Positions 61,710 through 64,000 of a stretch of 64,000 bases of DNA are shown here, piece by piece (position 1 is the first letter of the stretch; every line of letters begins with the position of its first letter). The DNA is from an uncultured cyanobacterium (lineage in GTDB: Bacteria; Cyanobacteriota; Cyanobacteriia; Phormidesmidales; Phormidesmidaceae): contig CAWBZI010000001.1 of the NCBI GenBank assembly GCA_963793265.1, positions 1,536,001 to 1,600,000 of the forward strand, written 5' to 3'. The notes beneath the pieces are model-generated. The model did no database searches and was not told the origin of the DNA. It saw nothing but the letters and a program-made list of their open reading frames with translations. The position numbers and the translations under genes were made by a program.

Positions 61710-62417
61710 AGTGTCCTCTGTTAGTTCACTGATAGCTTCAATGATCAATGCCTGTGGTGTGGTGGCACGTGATCGCGCTAACCTCTGCAACGATTCTCCT
61801 AACTCCTTAGTCAGTTGAATAGGAATAGTCTGACCATAGTGTTCTGGGAATGCCCACGCACATTGATTGCAGTCAACTTCGCACCCCATGCATGAGCGTC
61901 GTTTAGCAACGTTACAAGCAATGCAAAGCGGTTGCCAGTTTTGAATTTCGGAACCACCGCCTCTAATCAAAGGAACTTTGTGATCGGCTTGTAGCCCCTT
62001 TCCATCTGTTGCAAACTGCTGGGAACAAGCAGCACAACGATATTCGAAGACTTCAAATAGCTGCCTCTTTTGCGCGCCAGTAAGATACGTCCTATCAAAT
62101 GCCTCGCTTAAGCTGGCTGACAATAACCGATAAGCGTGAGAGCCATTATGAATGCCAGTTTCTATATCGCAACCCCTTTCATTGCGAAGCTCGCGTATAC
62201 GCCTATCAATGTATTTCTGATTTGTTAGCTCATAAAGTTGATCAGAAAGAACCCAATTCTTCGGGAAAGATTTGCTTGAATCCCATAGCGCCTTTAGCAC
62301 CAGTAGCTTCGCAGCACTAAGCTTCTTCGGCTTACCCGCTTTTGTTAAAACATGGTTCTCAACCTGACCAATGTATTCCTGAAATCCTTCGTTAGCTGAT
62401 AGATTTTGCTCAGGCAT
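61689..62417 (-). CDS. HNH endonuclease, putative restriction endonuclease
   Basis: CAAC..LQADHKVP...NWQPLCIACNVAK, an extra CxxC..CxxC, and N-terminal RRIRELR. The ATG at 62417 overlaps the controller stop codon. Confidence 0.85.
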   Translation of the reverse strand: MPEQNLSANEGFQEYIGQVENHVLTKAGKPKKLSAAKLLVLKALWDSSKSFPKNWVLSDQLYELTNQKYIDRRIRELRNERGCDIETGIHNGSHAYRLLSASLSEAFDRTYLTGAQKRQLFEVFEYRCAACSQQFATDGKGLQADHKVPLIRGGGSEIQNWQPLCIACNVAKRRSCMGCEVDCNQCAWAFPEHYGQTIPIQLTKELGESLQRLARSRATTPQALIIEAISELTEDTLSNGEF

Positions 62418-62673
62418 CACTACCTTGCCCTTGCTGAATAGCGCTCTCCAACTTTGCGGCAAACTCAGCTAATGAAATACCCATTGCCTGGCAGAAATGC
62501 CTAAGTTCAATGATGTCTATGCGCCTTTCGCCGCGTTCGCACTTACTAACAAAAGATTGAGTTTCATCTAGGGCAATAGCAATATCTTCCTGAGTCAGAC
62601 TCGCCTGAATACGAAGCTCCTTGAGGAGATTAAGAAAAATCTGATATTCTCCCGAGAAAAGAGCTTTCTCCAT
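62410..62673 (-). CDS. XRE-family HTH regulator, putative R-M controller (C) protein
   Basis: LKELRIQASLTQEDIA...QSFVSKCERGERRID; translationally coupled to the HNH gene. Confidence 0.85.
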   Translation of the reverse strand: MEKALFSGEYQIFLNLLKELRIQASLTQEDIAIALDETQSFVSKCERGERRIDIIELRHFCQAMGISLAEFAAKLESAIQQGQGSDA

Positions 62674-62688
62674 CAGTGACCAGCCGTT

Positions 62689-62737
62689 GACTAGCCATCA
62701 ATTTATAGTCATTTATCGAATAGTCCAAGATCGACTA
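62689..62737 (-). promoter_or_regulatory. Putative C-box operators (GACTA/TAGTC half-sites)
   Basis: GACTA at 62689, TAGTC at 62706 and 62721, GACTA at 62733; just upstream of the C gene. Confidence 0.55.
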
Positions 62738-62871
62738 ATTTGCGAACGGTAGGGAAAAAATTTTAGCGTTTTCTGTCAGCTCTGCGTTTGTGGAGATAGC
62801 TATTAAGGTGAACTGCTGAAAGCTACGGGCACGATAAATCCACGGCAATCACTGATAAGGAATTAACCACT

Positions 62872-64000
62872 ATGCTGGCAAGAATTTGGAGTGCTTCGCT
62901 CATCGGGATTGATGCGCTAAAAGTCGGTGTGGAAGTTGATCTTTCAGGCGGCTTGCCCGGTGTGGTGATTGTGGGCTTACCGGATACAGCGGTGCAGGAG
63001 TCACGTGAGCGAGTGCGGGCGGCGCTGAAGAATGCGGGGTTTGCCTTTCCGATGCGTAAGGTGGTGATTAATCTCACCCCGGCAGATGTGCGTAAGGAAG
63101 GGCCAATTTATGATTTGCCGATTGCCGTTGGGATTTTGGCTGCATCGGAGGCGGTGGCCCAGACTTGTTTGGATGACTATTTGTTTTTGGGTGAGATGTC
63201 TTTAGATGGGACGCTGAGGCCGGTGGCGGGTGTGGTTGCGATCGCTGCTGCCGCCCGTAGACTCGGACTAAAAGGACTGGTTCTCCCAGCAGACAATGCT
63301 TACGAAGCCGCTGTCGTGCCTGGCCTAGAGGTGTATGGCTTTAAGCATTTATCTGAGGTGACAGACTTTTTGAATCATCCTGAGAGTCAGGAGCCGGTAA
63401 AGGTGAATGCGCCCGAGGAATTGTTGCGATCGCCCGCCCCCAGCGAAGACTTGCGTGATGTAAAAGGCCAAGCCCAAGCCCGCCGCGCCCTAGAAATTGC
63501 CGCAGCAGGCGGACACAACCTTTGTCTCATCGGCCCACCCGGCAGCGGCAAAACCATGCTCGCCCAGCGCCTACCCGGCATACTGCCACCCCTTACCTTC
63601 GCTGAAGCCTTAGAAGTCACCCAAATCCACTCCGTCGCCGGACTTCTCAAAGAAAAAGGCAGCTTAGTCAACCAGCGCCCCTTTCGCACTCCGCATCACT
63701 CAGCCTCCGGCCCTTCCCTAGTGGGCGGCGGCAGCTATCCCAAACCCGGCGAAATCTCACTCGCGCACCGAGGCGTTCTCTTCCTAGACGAACTTACCGA
63801 ATTCAAACGCAGCGTCCTCGAATTCTTACGCCAGCCCTTAGAAGACGGCAAAGTCACCATCTCTCGCACCCGCCAATCCGTAGAATTTCCCGCTCAGTTC
63901 ACCCTAGTCTCTAGCACCAATCCCTGCCCCTGCGGCTACTTCGGTGACACCGTACAGCCCTGCACCTGCACCCCTCGCAACCGTGAGCAATATTGGGCCA
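62872..64000 (+). CDS. comM: YifB/ComM Mg-chelatase-like AAA+ ATPase (3' partial, absent from the ORF track)
   Basis: Hand translation: [48 protein letters not shown]...[11 protein letters not shown]...RPFRTPHHS...LFLDELTEF...NPCPCG. Confidence 0.93.
   Translation, partial: MLARIWSASLIGIDALKVGVEVDLSGGLPGVVIVGLPDTAVQESRERVRAALKNAGFAFPMRKVVINLTPADVRKEGPIYDLPIAVGILAASEAVAQTCLDDYLFLGEMSLDGTLRPVAGVVAIAAAARRLGLKGLVLPADNAYEAAVVPGLEVYGFKHLSEVTDFLNHPESQEPVKVNAPEELLRSPAPSEDLRDVKGQAQARRALEIAAAGGHNLCLIGPPGSGKTMLAQRLPGILPPLTFAEALEVTQIHSVAGLLKEKGSLVNQRPFRTPHHSASGPSLVGGGSYPKPGEISLAHRGVLFLDELTEFKRSVLEFLRQPLEDGKVTISRTRQSVEFPAQFTLVSSTNPCPCGYFGDTVQPCTCTPRNREQYWA

Larger units (their letters stand above)
57800..62800. 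mobile_element. Horizontally acquired accessory/defence island (no mobility gene seen; boundaries approximate)
   Basis: Visibly more AT-rich, no HIP1 seen between 57680 and 63238, R-M genes present, abuts comM. Confidence 0.6.

Noticed and set aside
62418..62462. Longer start for the HNH nuclease given in the ORF track
   Set aside because: It would overlap the controller gene by 53 nt; the ATG at 62417, coupled to the controller stop, is more plausible.
57833..62828. AGCTACGG at 57833 and 62821 as island-flanking direct repeats
   Set aside because: An 8-bp match between two intergenic windows is expected by chance, and no recombinase is present.

Overview
Mostly core chromosome of a cyanobacterium (psbY, nblR, ftrV, lysA-cdaA-uppS, clpC, roughly 70 HIP1 GCGATCGC octamers counted by eye). 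The cation-chloride cotransporter hints at a marine or saline habitat. The window starts inside an IS1182-family element and ends inside comM/yifB. It holds about 60 CDSs, an initiator tRNA-Met, a hicBA toxin-antitoxin pair preceded by an orphan RHH-like gene, an Rpn-like gene, and a contiguous sdhCAB operon that is unusual for cyanobacteria. There are two main candidates for novelty. (1) An AT-richer, HIP1-free island (~57.8-62.8 kb) just upstream of comM. It carries a controller/HNH nuclease/C5-methyltransferase R-M system (probable target GCCGGC, which I could not find in the window) and a three-gene module: two small paralogous coiled-coil proteins plus a membrane pentapeptide-repeat protein ending in a degenerate phycobiliprotein-like domain. 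(2) A recurrent local G-to-C skew flip centred on HIP1 sites, which may be the mutational footprint of a HIP1-directed DNA processing pathway. All calls come from motif recognition by eye; no searches were run.
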